A stretch of 64,000 bases of DNA. It comes from Dimorphilus gyrociliatus. Taxonomy: Eukaryota > Animalia > Annelida. The number at the start of each line of letters is the position of its first letter. Within the stretch, counting starts at the first letter, position 1. The stretch covers positions 1,448,422-1,512,421 of the forward strand of contig CAJFCJ010000002.1 in NCBI GenBank assembly GCA_904063045.1, in the 5' to 3' direction. A model generated the notes under the pieces. That model ran no database searches. It was given only the letters and a program-made list of their open reading frames with translations, and had not been told where the DNA came from. The position numbers were made by a program, and so were the translations under genes. Shown piece by piece: positions 24,736 to 37,573 of this stretch.

Positions 24736-27700
24736 ATGTTAGGGACAAGTTTAGGAATACTTTTAATCTCTATGTTCGTTACAAAAACGGCAGCAAATTG
24801 TTTAGAAACAAAGGATGGATTATGCCTTCTAAGTGAGCAGACAAATAGGGCTTCAGCCGCAATCAAATGTCAAGAAATAAATAAGAAATTAGTGTCAGTT
24901 AAAACCAAAGAGGATAGAAAAATATTAGATTCGATAGGTATAATGTTATCCAAGAAAAATTCATCACTAGATGAGAGAGCATGGATAGAAGGGCGTATAA
25001 AGGTTGATCAAAAGTTTAAATGGACCAATTCAATCTCAGAGTACGGTAGGTAGTCGCTTTATTACGCATTGTTACGTATGATAATTACGTAAGCTAGTGA
25101 AAAATCGGGTGAGGTCACGGTATTGTGCCAATTTTACGCAATTAGATGTCGTTTTACTAAAAAGCATTAATTGATTTTACATCAAAACTTTATCATTTAA
25201 AATATTTTATTAGTTTTATATAAGATAGGTATTTGAACTTTTAAAAAAGGAATATAAATTTTTTCTATTTTCGTAACTAAATAAGCAGTATAGAATTCTG
25301 TAATAAACTATTAAACTCTGTTGTGTCTAAGTATCTAGTAGCCTACGTTATAAAATTTCTATATTTATTAAAAGTAAAACTTTATAGGGCTTAAAAAAAA
25401 ATCAAACAGTTTAAATTTTATATAAAAACAATTTATTTATACAGTAATCGGTTTTTTGTTCTTTTTTTTCTAAATTCTATTTTCATATTTCAAATTATTA
25501 AACCTTTTTATGCTTTATTACGTAAGTCCCTTAACTTTATATTAGTTTAAAAACCTAGCAAATAAAATCTGGTTTTTAAACATTTATTTGAATTTTACGC
25601 AAACTTAAATGGAGGAAGGACATGTTATTTCATTACGCTAGAAATCTTCTTCTCTTCCCTTTTTAAAAAGATTCTATGGATTTCTTCCTTTATCAGTAAT
25701 GTTGTTTAGCTTTCCCTACAGTGCATCTAAATTAGAAAATTGATGGCCAACGTCCAACTATTTGCTAAAGATATACCACTGAGCCCTATAAGAAGGGTTC
25801 ACACCCTATTCTTTAAATATATCTTGTTAGTAGCGTAGGCGGAGGTATAAGCTTTTGTTTTTCATTGCAAAGAATTTTGAATTTCACTGAATATTTACAT
25901 TAAGTCACCTTGATAATGTTTTATCTATTTAGATGTTTATATCAAATATAGTTTAAGATAAATAATTGGTATGTCTATAGAAATTCACAAGTCTAATAAG
26001 ACGTAAACTGTTTATGAATATTTATCTTACTTTCTCTCTACATGGCATACATTACAATATATACGCCGTATTGTATTAGATATATATCATAGAAATGATA
26101 TAAATTGTAATTGTTCTGAGTAACAGTTCAACAATAACTCCTAGTTTATTATCGAATGACATCAGCAATTCAGTAGTATTAACTGCTATTATTAAAGCAC
26201 TTCCTTTAATTTTTTTTTAAATTTATTATTCATAAATTCTGTACATACAATAAATACTACAGACGTTATAATATATATATATATATACTGTATGTCTTTA
26301 ATAGTTCTAAGCTATTTAACTAGTATATCATTAAATGACGTATCGATTTTAATATGTTTTAAAGGAATAACCAGTTTAAGTTTTGCATAGATATGCAGTT
26401 TATATATTTATATATTAATGCTTTAAATTTATTTATAGATAGTCTGTCCTTTTTCTAAATAATTAACATTAGCTTATTACTGTTGAACAAAATACATAAA
26501 ATTACATACAATTACTAATTAAGCAGATATCTTTTCGGTGAATCACATTTATATTGGGTGTTTATCAAATGCAAGTCTAAGAAAAGGGGAAACTCGTATG
26601 TTTAAGGGGAAATTTTTACTCTGATCACGGGTAGTATGAGTAAATAAAAACGCAAAATTACTATTTAGAGCTATTTTCACAGAATTAGAGGATAAAGAAC
26701 TTGACAAATACTAAAAAAAAAAATTCTTTGATTATTATACATTGATTTTTTTAGATTATTTATAAAAAGAAATTAGTAGCAGCTTTTTTTCCACCCGTAA
26801 AGATTATCGCAATATGTGTTCATGATAGCCATTAATCGTAAGATTCTTACGTCTTATTTGTTGAAACTCAAAACAGGACTCGGATTAAGCGAGCAAAATT
26901 TGCGAAGATCCTGTATAAAGCTAGATTTGGGAAGGAGTGTGGAAAACAGTCTGCAAACGGATTACTGCAATGCCACAATGCCGTACTTATGCCAACGTGG
27001 TAAGATGGAGCACGTTTAGGTTAAATATGGCCCCTTATAATCCATATTCAATATATTTTTAGCAACCACCGGGCCTTGTTCACCTTTTTCGGAAAATCTG
27101 AAGCTTGGCGATTTTTGCTATGATTTACTGATTGCTGGAAAGCATTGGTTTCAGGCTGCCGGCGAGTGTGAATTAGCGGTAATCAGCGATCTAAATATTC
27201 ACAATAGAATTCATCAATGGCTGAAGACTAAAGGAATTACCGTATGGGTAGGAGCTACAAGGATGAGCAGTGATGGTATACCAACCACTTTCCTTTTTAT
27301 ATATCAATACTTAAGCACTAAATTTATACGGCAGTCTCGCTGAACGATTTTCGATGGGTGGATACATTCGAAAGCGGTCAATCGTGTTTGATTAGCGACA
27401 GAGGTGGTAAACTTTCTTCTGCGGACTGTAACAGCTCATGGAATGTGGTTTGCGAAGAACAGAATTCTTTAATATCCCAAACTGCTAGCGCTACTACCGC
27501 TTCTACTACCAAAACAAGAGATAGTACTACAGATGCTGATGCAACATCAAAGCGGTTAACAGTTACAATTAATAACAATCAAATAACTACAGAAGGAGCA
27601 AACTTAACCATTTCACAATCTAGTCTACCTGATAATAAAACCACGAAGAGTACAGAATCGCCTAGTAATAGCTATAGTTCTAACGACAACCGTAAGTAAA

Positions 27701-27863
27701 TTACTAACTATTTCTAAAAATCATAATTCTAAAGCCACATTGTGATTCTCCCTGAATAGTTATAATTATATTGGTACCAGCCGTATTGGTCTTCATCTTT
27801 ATAGTTGCTAGCCTGACTCTTTTAGCCTGGTGGATTAGCTCGAAGAAAACCGAAGACAAGTGA
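24736..27863 (+). CDS. Type I membrane protein with two C-type-lectin-like domains and a Ser/Thr-rich stalk
   Basis: Signal peptide MLGTSLGILLISMFVTKTAA; CTLD1 (AAIKCQEINKKLVSV..AWIEG..; ..SCIKL..DYCNATMPYLCQ); CTLD2 (DFCYDLLIAGKHWFQAAGECELAVI..VWVGA..SCLI..SADCNSSWNVVCE); S/T stalk; TM exon LIIILVPAVLVFIFIVASLTLLAWWISSKK, stop at 27861-27863. Exons between 26527 and 26880 are uncertain. Confidence 0.78.
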
Positions 27864-28103
27864 CAAACTAAACTTAGAAACCCCGAGAGATCAGGACAAT
27901 AATTCCTTCGATAGCAATAAACTATGACGGCCTTAGTGAACGATTGACAAACGAAGCGTTCAGTTAATTTATAATTAATAGTTATTTACGCATGAACAAA
28001 TCTTGCTATTGTCTAAGCATTCATAGATAATCAATTTTTTGTCTTCCCATAAATAAAAAACGTAACGTTTTTTTTTATTCTTTATTATTCAATGTTTTTT
28101 TTT

Positions 28104-28673
28104 TCATATTTCAACATTATAAATATAATTCTCTGTCAAATTAACAATATTGCTATCGGGTCTTTTTTTATGAACACGCGAATATATCGGCTTCATTCCA
28201 TCAGCTTTCTCTTGAGCATTTTCACAATTCGTGCGGTTTGTATCGGCTTTCGAATAGTGTTTCTCGTTTGGCTCTTCAACAGTATGGTAGATATTCTCAG
28301 CCAGGTAATACACTGGACTAGAATCTGGTACAAAATCCGGCATTGGGGCTTTTAAATCTTTTTTAGCTTCTGATATTTTCTTATTAAGTTCTTTCTCATC
28401 GTTGAGACGATTCTTTAATCGTATATATTTTATTGTAAAAAGGACGATAGTACAGACTATAGAAAATATGAAGGCGATGGATATACCGACTACTGCAGCT
28501 ATAAGTATTCCGGTTGAAATCAATTCCTCTTGGCTTTCACAAGGGCAATAGGGAATCAAAATATTTCCATCATCACATGTACCTCTCGTCAAATTGTCGA
28601 GTTTAATTGTACAATAGCCTTTAGGTATCTTGGTATCCGGACAAGCATATATCACCGGACAGCTTAAAGTCAT
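28104..28673 (-). CDS. Orphan single-pass membrane protein with a Cys-rich ectodomain and Tyr-motif tail
   Basis: 189-aa ORF with six Cys before a hydrophobic helix (ILIAAVVGISIAFIFSIVCTIVLFTI), a basic stop-transfer segment and a cytoplasmic tail with YHTV, YSRV and YNV. No signal peptide, so a 5' exon may be missing. Confidence 0.62.
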   Translation of the reverse strand: MTLSCPVIYACPDTKIPKGYCTIKLDNLTRGTCDDGNILIPYCPCESQEELISTGILIAAVVGISIAFIFSIVCTIVLFTIKYIRLKNRLNDEKELNKKISEAKKDLKAPMPDFVPDSSPVYYLAENIYHTVEEPNEKHYSKADTNRTNCENAQEKADGMKPIYSRVHKKRPDSNIVNLTENYIYNVEI

Positions 28674-29481
28674 GTTGAGGAGTTGTAAAAAAATTGTTTA
28701 TGATTCGTCTCCACCCTTTCGTTTAGTAATTTTTTGTTCAAATGTTCAAATATGGGTAGAGCAGTGACTGTACCGCTATATACGCGTATAGGAGTATATA
28801 TAAGTCTGTATAATACGGAATATATAATATGTTTTTTTACTCAACCACCAATGAATCATCCGCCAACGTAAGTGAATAGGCTTAATGCCGGGCTATTTGA
28901 AAGGGAATTCCTTTGAAAGCCGCCCCGTAAAGCTTTGGTAAAGCTTCCTGTGTCACGAAGGAGAATCACCGTAACGTTTATTTGTGTTAGTTAAAATGTT
29001 GCATGATACACGCCAATAGAACACTTCGAGAATCCGCTATATTTATTTTAAGACACATGGATTAAACAGGAGTAAATAAATTCCTCGCCGCTACAAAATA
29101 AAACGGAATTAGGTCTTAAACACTACGTGTAATCTATCTATTTACCCTTATATCTTGTCTTGATTATGTTATTACTTAATTTTAAGCCTGACTTTTATTC
29201 ACATGCACGCTATTTGGCCGGACACATTACACCATTACACCTTCCAAAACACATAAAAAACACTACATAAACGAAAAACAAATGTGTTTTACGACTTAAA
29301 GGGATGTTCAAGTGTTGCATAGGCGTTAACCGTTCAAATAACTATTTACAAAAAGGAATCCTTGGGTGTTAATCGTATTGAACGAGAAAAATACCGAAAA
29401 ATAGTGATACAAAAGCGAGAGAGTAAAATTTCTTAATAGGTTTGGTTAATTCAACGAGTATTTAACTCACCTTTTGTTGAA

Positions 29482-29736
29482 AATGTTGCCGTTGATAATT
29501 TTCACGACTTCCTCCCTAAAACAGATAAAATATGATAAGAATACACCAATAACTTTGCCATAATATGCCTACTGGATTTTCTAGGAGTTTTCCAGATGCT
29601 TTTACCAGTTATAACTGGCAGTCAGTCGAAATGGATCTGCTCAACGAACGGAACCGGAAATTGAACTAAGCATTGCAATTACACGTGCGACATTCGATTT
29701 GTTAACTATTACACTTCGATTGTTAGCGAATAGTGG
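29482..29736 (+). pseudogene. Decayed exon-1 fragment of an SLC22-family transporter
   Basis: One frame reads NVAVDNFHDFLPKTDKI**EYTNNFAIICLLDFLGVFQMLLPVITGSQSKWICSTNGTGN*TKHCNYTCDIRFVNYYTSIVSE*W, resembling SLC22 TM1, loop cysteines and the TSIVSEW motif, with four in-frame stops. Confidence 0.6.
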
Positions 29737-31812
29737 TTAATCTTTCGTTAGGGTCATGTAACATCTAGATTAAAAATTTATTACGCTTGAACTTAATAAT
29801 CCATTAATCCAGATCGGTTACGATAAATATAAGATAAAATCGATTGAAAAGTGTTTTTACTTTTAAAAAAAAAATTCAATGGTCCGGTCCAACAGACCAG
29901 TTTAGCTAGTTGGGTTTTCTTTACAATTTACAATTTAAAAAAAGATTTTTTTACTTTTTACAAAAAAAAAGAATAGTAAAAATGGACTTTTTACTCTCAA
30001 TTTCCTACGAAATAATTGACTTATGCGCCTAATAGGCGATAGCGTGAGTTTACTAGATTGAATTTTAAGTAAACTCTTGCTACAAATATTGGGTCTGCAG
30101 GCTAATCTCTATAGAATTTATCTTAATGAATAATTTCTTTTGAGAAAAGTAATATTTAAATATAATATATAGAAATATTATTATATTTTAACAAGAATAA
30201 AACTTGAATAGAGGTCATTAAAAAAAAAGCCAAAACAATCAAAGTTTGTAATATCACTAAGAAAATATTTATAAAATATTCAGTAATCGTCTCAATTCTT
30301 AGAGATATAAGTATTAGTATATATATAAAGAAAATGCTCGGAAATCTTTTCTAATAGTTGAATTGGAATGATCTATATTGATTAAATAAAGCATTGTGAT
30401 TACTTACGAATGACACTCGTAATTATCGTTTCAGAGTTGTTCTTAATAGGATAGCTTTGAGTATATAAAAATATTAAATGTACCTTTTTTTTTTACTTTC
30501 TTCGTTCATAAATAACGTCTAGATATATCTGATATAATATACATTTATAAGAATTATTAGTCTTCTATATATATAGTTTTTAATCCTATTTTTCTTAGAC
30601 TGCATGATTTAATACCGATACTAAATCATTATATCATGACACTTTCTGAAATATACCTATATATGTATATATGTATGTATGCTTAGTTTTTCAGCTTATA
30701 AACGATCATTCAAGATACTTTATTCCAAATTCTATTTTTCTAAATTATCGCCCACTGTTTTCAATTCTCTTTAGGATACAATGACTCTCTTTAATCACCA
30801 GGGTAAATAGATTGAGGTTCTGAAATTTTTACGCCATATTTAAAACGTAAACGACTTTGAATAAGCTTTCAGTAATCTTAAACAATATTATATACTAATA
30901 TATGCAGCTAGTAGCTCGACAAAAAGTGCAACATTCAGATCAATATGTGATTTATAATATAAAAGTTCAATAACATGTATATAAAATATCTAAATAATTT
31001 GATTCATTATAATATAGCCTTTTATTTTTCTCCCTTTGATTTCTTTCTACTTTGTACAAGGATAGTATGGAAATTCTAGGTTGACTGATGGTAACGAAAA
31101 TTGGAACAATGGAATGTCTGCATTTATATTTATATTTTCTTTAGAATTTGCTGAATATTCCAGCGTATGTATTATACACCTATCTTACACTATTATGTCT
31201 TTTAGTACAACTTTGAGTAACGAAAACAGGGTCTAACCCAGCTTTGAAAAGAATTTATCTCTAAACAATCAAAAATTTCAATAGAGCAGACTTTTTATGA
31301 TCATATATATTAATACTCCTCTTTCCATAGTATACAATTAACCCTAGAATCGTATAGGTTGCCTGCTTGCATATTGGTCGAGAAGTTGAGATAAAGATCA
31401 AAAAATAGGTAAAATCATTATAAGTAGTGTAATAGATCAACTCTGTGAAGGAGTCGATTAATTGTCTTGTGTGGCCTGTCTGTGACTTTGGATGATTTTC
31501 GAAACGCCATTCTGATCTGAAAGCCAAATACCGTAAAGTGAAATATTTTATCGAGAATAGTAGTTTGTATGAATTTCTTTTATATTTACATAACGTATGT
31601 TATGCTAGTGTTCCGACTAGCGGCTCATACAGCGTGGAGCAATAACTACATAGCTAGTGTGTATGTGAGAGAGAGAGAAATAATCAATGAACATTTCGCA
31701 GTGCTTATTTATAAGACCAATGGTGTTTCTGCATAATTGCATAATAAGATTTTTTAATGGGTAAATATACACGATATTCTGCAAAATTGTAGATAGAAAA
31801 CATATTACGAAG

Positions 31813-33619
31813 ATGACTTTGAAGTCGATCAGAACGTATGAAGATGTTATGCATATGATTGGAGGGTTCGGCCTCTATCAGAGAATCTGTTTCGTCTTCA
31901 TACAGATGGCCGATTTATTTGGCGCGTTTATCATCTTCTCTCCGATTCTCATAGCTGCTGTCCCTGCAAATTTGGATTGCTCTCCGTCAAACCAAACAAA
32001 TGGAACGAATTCTTCTCAGCAATTTGATGAGAAAACATCAACTATCGTTGCTACAGTAAAAATGCCTATATTTTAACAATCTTAGCATAGTTCATTCCTG
32101 TTTAAAAAAAAACAACAAAATAGATAGGTCTACTCGACACTAACATACAAAAATTGATTTTTATAAAATCCTTTACAGTGGCAACTTGTTTGCGACAAGG
32201 CTTGGGTACCAGATACAATCAATACAATACAAATGATAGGTTTCTTCCTTGGAGCCGCAATTTTTGGGCAATTGAGTGATGCAACAGGAAGGAGACATAC
32301 ATATTTCTTTGGAAATTTAGTGCTAGTACTACCATGTCTTGTTTCTGCTTTCGTTCCAAACTGGTATTACTATGCCGCTTGTCGTTTATTTAGTGGTTTG
32401 TGTTGAAAATAGTTGTAGTATGTCTTTGATAAGATGAAATTTGCATATCATGTTAAACAGGTATCGGATTCGGAGGTCTACAAGTAATAAGCTCTGTGTA
32501 AGTAGAAATTAGAGATATTTTTAATCGGCAATTTTTCTTATCATGACTATAATAAAAATAATTTAGCTATTTCATTCTATTTTTATTAGATATCCTTTAG
32601 AAATTGTATCGAAGAAGTACAGAAGTTTAGCTGGGACATTTGGGTTTTGGGCTATTGGACAAATGCTTTTAGCACCAATGGCCTATTATTTTAGAAAATG
32701 GCAAACTCTTCTTATAGTTTCCTGTTCAACAAGCATTCCGTTCTTTCTTGGATGGTTCTTTGTACCAGAGAGTCCAAGATGGTTACTGCAAAAAGAAAGA
32801 TATCACGAAGCTCACAAAATTCTGCAGAAAATTGCTAGGAGAAATGGGCGAACTTGTCCCGACTTGGGAACGCTCAAAAGAATTACTGTAAGAGATGATA
32901 AGCGTGTTTCCTGCATGAAACTATGGGTCAGAGAACATTTTAAGAAAACAGCAGTCTTAGGGTTGAGTTGGTATACCGTCTACTGCACATATTACGTAAT
33001 ATCTTTTAACTTTCCACATGACCTTATAAATAACAAATATCTGAGTATACTAATAATTGGAGCTGTTGATTGGCCTGCAATGTTATCCGTAATTGCCGCA
33101 AACTGCTTGACTGGAAGAAAAAAATCGCTTTTCATCTACATTATAATAGCTGCCATTGGGGTTTTGACAATTCTAATAATTGGTATTTTGAAAATGCGAA
33201 ATGATTTGAAAGTTCTTCTCTTTATTGGGGGACTAATGGCTAAGGGTTGTATGGTTGCGAACATGTATGTTCTTAGAATTTATACTGCAGAAACTTATCC
33301 AACAATCGTTAGGTCATCGGCCGTTGGCCTTGGGAGTATGTTTGGGTGTAAGGGGAGTATTTCAGCTCCTCTTCTTTTACTTACGTTCCATAAATTCCCT
33401 CTCGGACCTTTCTTGGTTATTTTTATACTATTTGTGTTGACGTTAATATTAGTGTTCCTATGCCTATCTGAAACAAAAGGTTTGCACCTCAGCGATTCTT
33501 TCAAAGACCAACAGATGGCGTTGAAAAGCAACTATAGTAAAGATGTTGAAGACGAAAAGAGTTACGAGCAAGGGGAATTGGTGTCTAACGGCGAAAAAGA
33601 GCAAATTACATTTTATTAA
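31813..33619 (+). CDS. SLC22-family organic cation/carnitine transporter (MFS)
   Basis: Exons 31813-32055, 32179-32395, 32461-32497 and 32590-33619. Motifs: IGGFGLYQ, STIVATWQLVCD, GQLSDATGRR, VPESPRWLL and YTAETYPTIVRSSAVG. Confidence 0.92.
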
Positions 33620-35369
33620 ACAGCTAAATTGTCAGGTTTAAGCTTAACACGTATTAGCTAACAAAAAGACTGTAATATTTAGATATAAATTTTGTTTTTT
33701 TGCGCATAACGTCCGAGTATGGAGACCATAAATATTCCACATAATTTGAACATAAATATCCATTTATTATGTTCAATTTATTGATAGTTTAGAGTGAGTA
33801 TATTATTGACTTGCCTTGTTTTCTATTGTTTCTCTTTTGCTTGTACACGCACATACAAATATATATATGTATTACACATGGTTATAGATGATAAAATAGA
33901 AACAATTAGCATCATTTTTAACACTGCTACCGTTTTTTGACAAGACTGTTTTCTACATTGTTTAAATAGCAAAGGTATTTCCTGATTTATATCTAAAAAA
34001 AATCCGTATTTTTTTCTAATATGTGTCATATTTTTACATTTTAACTTTTGTTAATTTTTACTGCTTTACGTATACTGCAAAACTAAAATTTTCACGAATA
34101 TATGTATTGTGATATTATATACTATATTGAGCAATAAAATAGGGTATAAAATGACAAAATGCATACATCTTACGGTGGAAAAAGATCTGATATCATCTAC
34201 TATAATAAAGTTAGGTCAGAATGATGAAAAGAGAGGAAGAGAATTAGCCGAATCCAAGTAAAGAGGAAAAAGCACGATAATAAAAAGGCGGTGGCTATAA
34301 ACGTTCTTAAATCGTCTAATCAATAATAATATCCACTCGAATGCCTTCTTCAACAAAATAGCCAAAGAACGTCAAGGCGTTTTGGATCGTGATTGACAAA
34401 CCAAGGTACGCCCCCTGGTGAGAAGCGCGGATGTCAACCGCGTTTCATTCGCTCTCCTCCAGAGAGAAGGTAAGTTATTTTTATATATTTTTTTGTCTTT
34501 CCATCTCGTCCCAAACATATATAAAAATATTTTATGGCACTAACAGCTATTGTCGTCCTAATTTTATGATAAATGTGGTGTAAATCCTATTAGCGCCTCG
34601 CCTTAATTTTTTTCGAAAAAATCTAGTTAACTAATTATCATTAAAGAAGAGGCCCAATCTAATTTATCAGAGATGTATGAGAAAGGCACGTATAAACATT
34701 TAATTACATCTTACAAAGACCGATAATTTATTAAGACCGGTAGAAAAAGAGACAAGTCCCTATATAACTAGACTACAGATAGAAATCAATGGAGTGATTG
34801 ATGAAGGGATGACGAAAGCTATATGAAAGTATTTGTATATAGAATATAATCGAAATCGACTTTCTCTTCACTGCTTTTAAGTTCACAAATTTACGTCCAT
34901 CTCTCAAGACCCAGTCATCCACTTTAGATTAAGAGATTATTCTATAATCCATAACGCTTCTATTCGCTAATTCCTAATTATTAATTGTTATTGCCAGGCT
35001 TCAGAATTAATATCTTGCTACTTATTGTGACAAATTTACTTGTTAAGGGTTTCCCTTATTTAATTTTCCTTCTTAGTCTTGCTAATTCGACAAATTTATT
35101 TCACCTGACAAAAGAGTGATTTTTCGTTTTTATATATGGAAAACAAGATATAAAATTTATGCGAGCTTGTCGCAATTAGGCTTTTTACTGCAGCAAAATA
35201 TACGAGCGTTCCGCGCTGAAAAAGGGACGCTTTGAAGCTGTGCGCCTTCTTCCCATTACATATATATATATACATATAGGGCTTTTTTATCCACAATATG
35301 TAGTTTATGTGTATACTACGCTTGATATTCTTTATATTTCGCGTAAATTTGAAAGAAAGCCAAGAAAGT

Positions 35370-35480
35370 AGAGAGGAAGGAGAGGAAGTTTGTAGAGAAT
35401 GAGAGAGAGCGAGAGAGAGAGAGAGTCAGAGAAAGAGACAGACAAGCGGACAGATAGACAGACGGACAGATAGAGAAAGA
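35370..35480 (+). repeat. GA/GACA-rich simple repeat
   Basis: Purine-rich (GA)n, (GACA)n and (GATA)n tract in the non-coding region upstream of the sulfotransferase. Confidence 0.8.
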
Positions 35481-36613
35481 ACGACACTAAGAAAGATAGT
35501 TAGTTTAATAGTAGAAGAAAGATTAGTAACAAAAAAAAATCTAATCCTATCCACAGATACTTTTCATTGTTATTGATATCCGTATATATATTCATCATTA
35601 TAAAGCTTCTGCTATTTTTTCTCTACAACCATATTTACACAAATGCAAACTATGCAAACGTTAATAGGTATGTATAGGTGTTATATTACCAACAGTCTCC
35701 TAATTATGACTCGTAAGATTGTATTTAGGGACACCAGAGATTTTTTTCTTAATGAATTTCCTACAAGTAATCAATTAACATCAGAAAGATATAGCGCCCA
35801 AGACGAATCGATTGGACGCCTTGAAAGGAAAAATTGTTTCTAAATAACTCTCTCTTTCAGGCGTCTAATCGATTTTGAATTAATACCCTCCTGTCTCTCA
35901 ATGACATGTTCATATCGATTCACTGATGAAATCGACAAGTCGGCGTATAGATGCAACAGTTCTAGAACATAGTGCAATTGTATAATAAATAGGTAGGCAA
36001 CGTAATTTTTCCATAGACGAACGAGAGGAAATTGTTAGTTACGTTAACGCCATACACATTCAGGCTGACTTTGTTTCCATACGCGTGCGTGGAATCACTT
36101 TCATGCATCGCTTCATTCATTATCCGAGGTTCGATAGCAGCTTTCGACTCGGCGTCGCCTCTCCACTTCTTCCTTGTAAGAAGATTTGAGAGAGATGTAG
36201 AGTGGGGTGTGAGAAAAAGATAGAATAAATGAAAATGATAGACGGGGAGAGAAGCGACATAGAGGGCACGGGAGAGTCAAAGCGCAAATGCAATAAACTG
36301 TGCAGTATTGGTGGCGTTATTCCATTTTCATCGGAAACGTTAAACGCCCGTAAAGAGACATTGAGGCGACATTATCAATCAAGACTCAACTAGACGGTTT
36401 GTCTAAGCAAGCGTGACAGTAATGTCCGTCTGGAGACGGTTTAACGCCGCTAGTTGACGACGAGACTCCTTCATACCATGTATAAGTATACCGTAAATTA
36501 GTCTTGTTAAGCTCGGCAAATGTCATACTATAAATAGATACAGAGAACAAAAAACAAATTCACTGTCAGCACCTGCAGTGACCTCGTTTTTCATATTTTT
36601 CCTCTACAGGCCA

Positions 36614-37573
36614 ATGGATAAAGATTTGAAGAGAAAATACTTGAAAATTTTCTTTCTATTCTCATCTATATCAACATTGGCAATATTCTTCTTATGTTCC
36701 GGTATAAGACCTTCAGTTTGTAGAATAACTTTACCGCAAGTTCAAAATAATAGGATACACTATAAGCATGCCAAAAGGAGACTTCCTAAAGCTATAATAA
36801 TAGGAGTCAGAAAAGGAGGAAGCCGAGCACTCTTGGAATTCCTTGATATTCATCCAAAGATTAGGATATGTCATCGTGAAATGCACTTTTTTAATAATGA
36901 CGACGCATACGCTGAAGGATTGGAATGGTATAGGAGGAAGATGCCCTACTCCTTTGCAGATCAAATCACCATCGAAAAAACACCCGCCTATTTTACCTCG
37001 ATCGACGCCGCCCAGCGAATTCACTCGATGAATTCTTCCATTAAACTAATACTGGTGGCGCGTAACCCTACTGATCGGGCGATCAGTGACTATGAACAAA
37101 TCCAACAAAACCGCTTAAGCAGGAACAAACAACGGCAAACTTTCGACGAGTTGGCATTTAATGCAGACGGCGGAGTACAGGAAGACTATTCGGCCATAGA
37201 AAGAGGCATTTATCACAAGCACTTATCCGTCTGGCTAAACTATTTCTCACTCGATCAAATTCTAGTACTATCATCGGAACTACTAATAACTGATCCGGTC
37301 TTGGTTCTACGGAAAGTTCAACTGTTTCTGGGACTACAACCTTACATTCGACAAAGTCATTTCGTTTATAATCCGTCGAAAGGATTTTTCTGCAAAGCCG
37401 ATTCAGTGGGCCGTCAATGTTTGTCAAAGAGCAAAGGTCGAACTCATCCTAAGCTTTCCCCTAGTACAAGACGAAAATTAGAAGAATTCTATATACCGCA
37501 CAGTCAGCATTTTTATAAAATGGTCGGCAGGAATTTTGCATGGTTTCCAAATGACAGTATTAACCTCACATGA
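36614..37573 (+). CDS. Heparan sulfate glucosamine 3-O-sulfotransferase (HS3ST1/5 clade)
   Basis: Type II membrane anchor, then RRLPKAIIIGVRKGGSRALLEFL, EMHFF, ITIEKTPAYF, RNPTDRAISDY, NPSKGFFC and CLSKSKGRTHP. Single coding exon; ATG at 36614 follows an acceptor at 36608-36609. Confidence 0.94.
   Translation: MDKDLKRKYLKIFFLFSSISTLAIFFLCSGIRPSVCRITLPQVQNNRIHYKHAKRRLPKAIIIGVRKGGSRALLEFLDIHPKIRICHREMHFFNNDDAYAEGLEWYRRKMPYSFADQITIEKTPAYFTSIDAAQRIHSMNSSIKLILVARNPTDRAISDYEQIQQNRLSRNKQRQTFDELAFNADGGVQEDYSAIERGIYHKHLSVWLNYFSLDQILVLSSELLITDPVLVLRKVQLFLGLQPYIRQSHFVYNPSKGFFCKADSVGRQCLSKSKGRTHPKLSPSTRRKLEEFYIPHSQHFYKMVGRNFAWFPNDSINLT

Noticed and set aside
31261-31527. Minus-strand ORF with faint transporter-like wording (YYGKRS)
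   Set aside because: Similarity too weak to support and opposite in strand to the SLC22 copies.
36805-36830. KGGSRA instead of KGGTRA in the HS3ST PAPS-binding loop
   Set aside because: Conservative hydroxyl-retaining change; other catalytic motifs are intact.
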